Assembly (NCBI GenBank): GCA_964199315.1
Contig: OZ116698.1
Span: 18,476,001-18,540,000 of the forward strand
DNA length: 64,000 nucleotides
Direction of reading: 5' to 3'
Source of the DNA: Orbicella franksi
Lineage: Eukaryota
Of this stretch, positions 60,230 through 64,000 are shown one piece after another (within the stretch, counting starts at the first letter, position 1; every line of letters starts with the position of its first letter). Under the pieces are notes generated by a model that made no database searches, was not told the DNA's origin, and worked only from the letters and a program-made list of their open reading frames with translations. A program made the translations under genes and the position numbers.

Positions 60230-63200
60230 GTCGTCGCAACTTTTATCATCGACTATTGTAGCGATTAAACGTTATGCTAGTCGCGAGAGGTCTCTGAAGA
60301 CTGCGTCAAATGTGTTGTTGCCTTTGTATTCGGAGGGCTGTGCGTTTAGTGAGTGAATATAACAAACTGTTCTCCTGACATCCAGCTTCCGTTATAAGCG
60401 AGTTTTCGCAAGTGACTCAGATTTTGGTCGTGATAAGCCTTTCTTCAAAGCAGGTTTTACTCCGGATACAATCTTCAAGGCTTAAAACATGTTCCATGTA
60501 ATCCCCCCTGGGGCATTTCCAATTTTTCATGTTAAACGTTTCAAACAAATCGTCTGAACAGCACGTACTCTAAAAGCCGATTTCGTGACCATCACTACAT
60601 GAAAGTATAATCATTACTGACCGTTTTAACACATACGTTCTCTCAAAAAGTAATGAAGAATTCCTTTTTTTGTGCGGTGTCAAAAAACTGTCATTTAAAA
60701 GCTTTTACTAGTAACTTTACCGACAGACTATCGTTTGGTGAATCTGTAAACAGATCGTATCAACTTTGTCATTTTCATAGGCTAGGTCTCCTCGTGTTCA
60801 AAAACGTGTTCAAGATCAGTTCGGCTGAATAGTAGCGCTTATTTTATTATATGAATATGGATCAGTGTAGCGCTTGATAGTGCTTTTAAGACAGTTTGGC
60901 GCTAAATCGCTGTGTACGTGGGCCATAATTCCTTTTTTCGGTTCAATTAAAAATTTCCTTGAATCAATTAAGGTTGGAATGGCTGCAGTTTCCTCTCGTG
61001 TAAGGACCATAACTTTGTATCCGTGGGTATTTTGAGAGTTTACTCTTCAGACTTAATTTGTTAGTTGTTGTAAAATTGAAAATGGCCTACCAACCAATTT
61101 TAATTGGCATTAAGTCCATGTGACAGCAAACATCGTATACAAGACATCCGTTAAAAGTTAAAACACATTTTAGAATGAAATATTATACTTCATCATCTAG
61201 GCATTCCAATGTTTTTAAAAAGCCACAAATATTTAAATTACTAAAACTCCTTTTTCAAGCTTCTGGGTAAGCTTGAGGGAATTTAAACCAATTGTTAGGG
61301 AAAATATTATGTCAATCATTGCGTACCACAAGTCATTTTCTTTTTCAACCAAAGGAGCCGAATGTAATCATATGAAAACTTTGGTTCGTCTTCTTTGATT
61401 ATGAAGATAAAAGCGCACTGCTATCAAATAAACGGCTGAATGCAGCTGTGCTCTGTTTGCTTTTTCAACAAGGTTTTTCTTGTCATTCGCCCCCAAAAAT
61501 ATCTCGTTAACGAATTAATTAATACGTTTTTTTTTTAAAAAGGATGCTAAAAACTCCTCCCTCCCCACGGTATAAAGCCTCACCCAAGAACAAAAATAAA
61601 ATAGCGCCACTTTTTTTAATTTGTGAGGCCAGAAGCGTGCGGTTTGGGAGTCACGTGAAGCTATTTGTTTTTCTTTTTTTCAGTTGTGGTTTGAAATATT
61701 TTTCCGGTAGAAAATGTACGTCGTCTTTCGATAGAGCAAATAAACGAAAATGATTCTTGGTAGATGTCTTTCAGCTAAAGGATATTGCAGGGAAAGGAGT
61801 CAATAGAAAATAATTAGCCAAAATTGCGCCCCAGAAAGAGAAAGCTACTTACTCTGCACCTAAAATACACCTTCCGCTAGCAAGCTCTCCTTAAAGATAA
61901 GCCCCCCATTCTTTTCAGCAAACACACGCTAATAGTTTTTTTCCCTTTTTCCGTAATTTTGTGGGTAAATACGTTTGCTTCTTGAAGTTGGTCGCACGGT
62001 AACTGTAGTGAGGTATCGGTTCGTAGTTTATGTCGTACCCAGACCCTCTGACCCTTCAGGAGCTAAACTTGAGAAATCCACAGAGAGTTTTACGAAAAAG
62101 TGGAAAAGCCAACAAACAATTCAAAAACATCGAATTTGACAAGGCGGCCAAACATCAGACAGACAGCGCTAACTCGTGATTATTGAAAGAAAACAATGAA
62201 TAACAACTTTTCTTTTGTGTGGCAGCTGTCGCAGTCCAGTTGGACGGGAAGAACGAGAGTCTGGAAACGATAGGAAGTATTTGTACATGCGCGCAAATGA
62301 TCTTTCTAGGGCCCGCGTTACCCTTATCCAGCGAGCTTCTCCTTTCGTGCTCAGAGCCCTTCGTTTCGTTTAGTCTCGTAACCCTGACAACCCTGGGTAC
62401 CGAATGACACGTTACCAGGAATATGTACAAAAGCGGTCACAAAAACGGTGGAGTGAGAAGAGTTTATTCTGGAACAGTCTTTTGCATCCCCGCGTAACGA
62501 CCATTGTTTATCATATACCCATCTTTACTTGTTGTAAGGATATCAGAAGTCCTGTAAATCAACGGACTGACAATGAAACAAAGCAAGATTTTCGCGATAA
62601 CACGAGATGACTCTAATACTTCAGCTATATGCGCTATCCCTTCTTCTATCCTGATTTTATTCATTTCTTCGTTAGATCGGCAGTCTATCGAGCGATATCT
62701 CTCGCGCTGGCGGAATCGAAACGCCCTTAGCGCCATTAACCTTTTTAAAATGTGTGTACAGATTTTCAGGAAAAGTGTCGTGTTACAAATCACACATTTG
62801 AAAGTGCAAGTCTCTTTCTCTTGGTTGTGTGAACCTCGACGAAAATCAATAGACGTTTTTCAGGACTACGCTCGCCTTTCACTTCTCGGTTCCTTAATAG
62901 CTTGGTTTCCTTTTTTTCTGAGTTCTCATTGTCTCAACGATTAATTTTATCACCTCATAAAATGCAATTGTTCAACAATTTAAGTACCGTTTTGAATGAA
63001 CCTTTTATGAGTAAATGACTAATTTATTTTTTCAATAGTACCGTCGGAGTATTGTCTCGTGTATCCCTCCCAAAAGAAATGAACTGCTAAATTTTTAACT
63101 TGTTTGAAGGACGGCAAGAAACGTAATGCAAGTTGAGAGTTGTTTGATGGTAATTTTGTAAATAATTACAGACGCGTAGACACTACTAGTCAAAATATCT

Positions 63201-64000
63201 GTTGTGTCATAATTGACGTGTGCGTCCAACTGTTAATCCTAGGGTGATCGAAGTCAAATTTCTTCTGACAGTATCATGCACTCAAGAAGATAAATACTGA
63301 CACTTGTAACTGACGTTAATAAGAGTAAATGTTTGTACTTGGACCTGAAAAGTTAAAAATTGAAGATAATATAATCGAAGTGGTAGATTTGGAAGTTTTA
63401 TTCTCACGAAACTTGATTTTCGCTCACACAAATTGAAATTTTACACTTCCTGTTGCAAGTTTAGAGAATTCAGTTTACTAATTAATTAAGCATTAAGAAG
63501 ACGTGATAGAAATGAAATGCAAATTCGGTCGCAAAGACTCTTTAATTTGTTTATGCTTGGAGTGAATAGTATTTGTGTTAAGTTTAATTATTGTCAATAG
63601 TGATCTACATTCGTTGGCAAACAAACTTCGTGTGTTAAGCGGTCCAATCTCCAAAAAGAATTAGCGTCTACAGTAATGTCAGTGTTGAAAACTGTAGGAA
63701 GAGTTTTATGTTCGAGTTGTCAAGCCTCTAAGTTCGATAGACATGTTTCAAATCCATCTTAACGTCGTCCATCGCGCAGCGACCGTGGTGCTGGAAGTGA
63801 TGTTGTATACTCAGGTATGTCTTTACTGTTTGTCTCGCACAGTCGGTGACTCTTCTGTCAATTGTTCTCTATCCATTTTCGGCGGAACCAAGTGACAGCC
63901 GGAAATACGTCTGCTTTCGCAGGCTAGGAAGTCTAAATCCTATTTTCAAAACACTGTTACTGTAGCACTGTACTTAACATATCCACTAAGGCAGTACTTC

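Noticed and set aside
62155-62944. Cluster of 60-123 aa ORFs near the window end
   Set aside because: No domain, no convincing splice chain and no homology I can recognise.

Overview
AT-rich, intron-containing animal genomic DNA. The repeat families and GPCR types suggest a cnidarian, probably a scleractinian coral (inference). The main feature is a ~32 kb cluster of CLN3/battenin-like MFS membrane protein genes: five intact, splice-consistent copies (one on the minus strand, four on the plus strand) and one pseudogene. Copies 2 and 3 arose from a recent ~5.2-5.6 kb tandem duplication. The window also holds three intronless class A GPCRs, an uncharacterised low-complexity protein gene, and a secreted vWA+PAN/apple gene head-to-head with a complete 9-exon NDUFS7. 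Non-coding features include an 11-unit 122/123-bp tandem array with trimeric higher-order structure, two minimal hammerhead ribozyme motifs of the Penelope-like type, tRNA-derived SINEs, many MITEs, a hAT-like element with a 5-bp TSD, and LINE fragments. All gene models were spliced and translated by hand. No database searches were run, so family names rest on recognised motifs.
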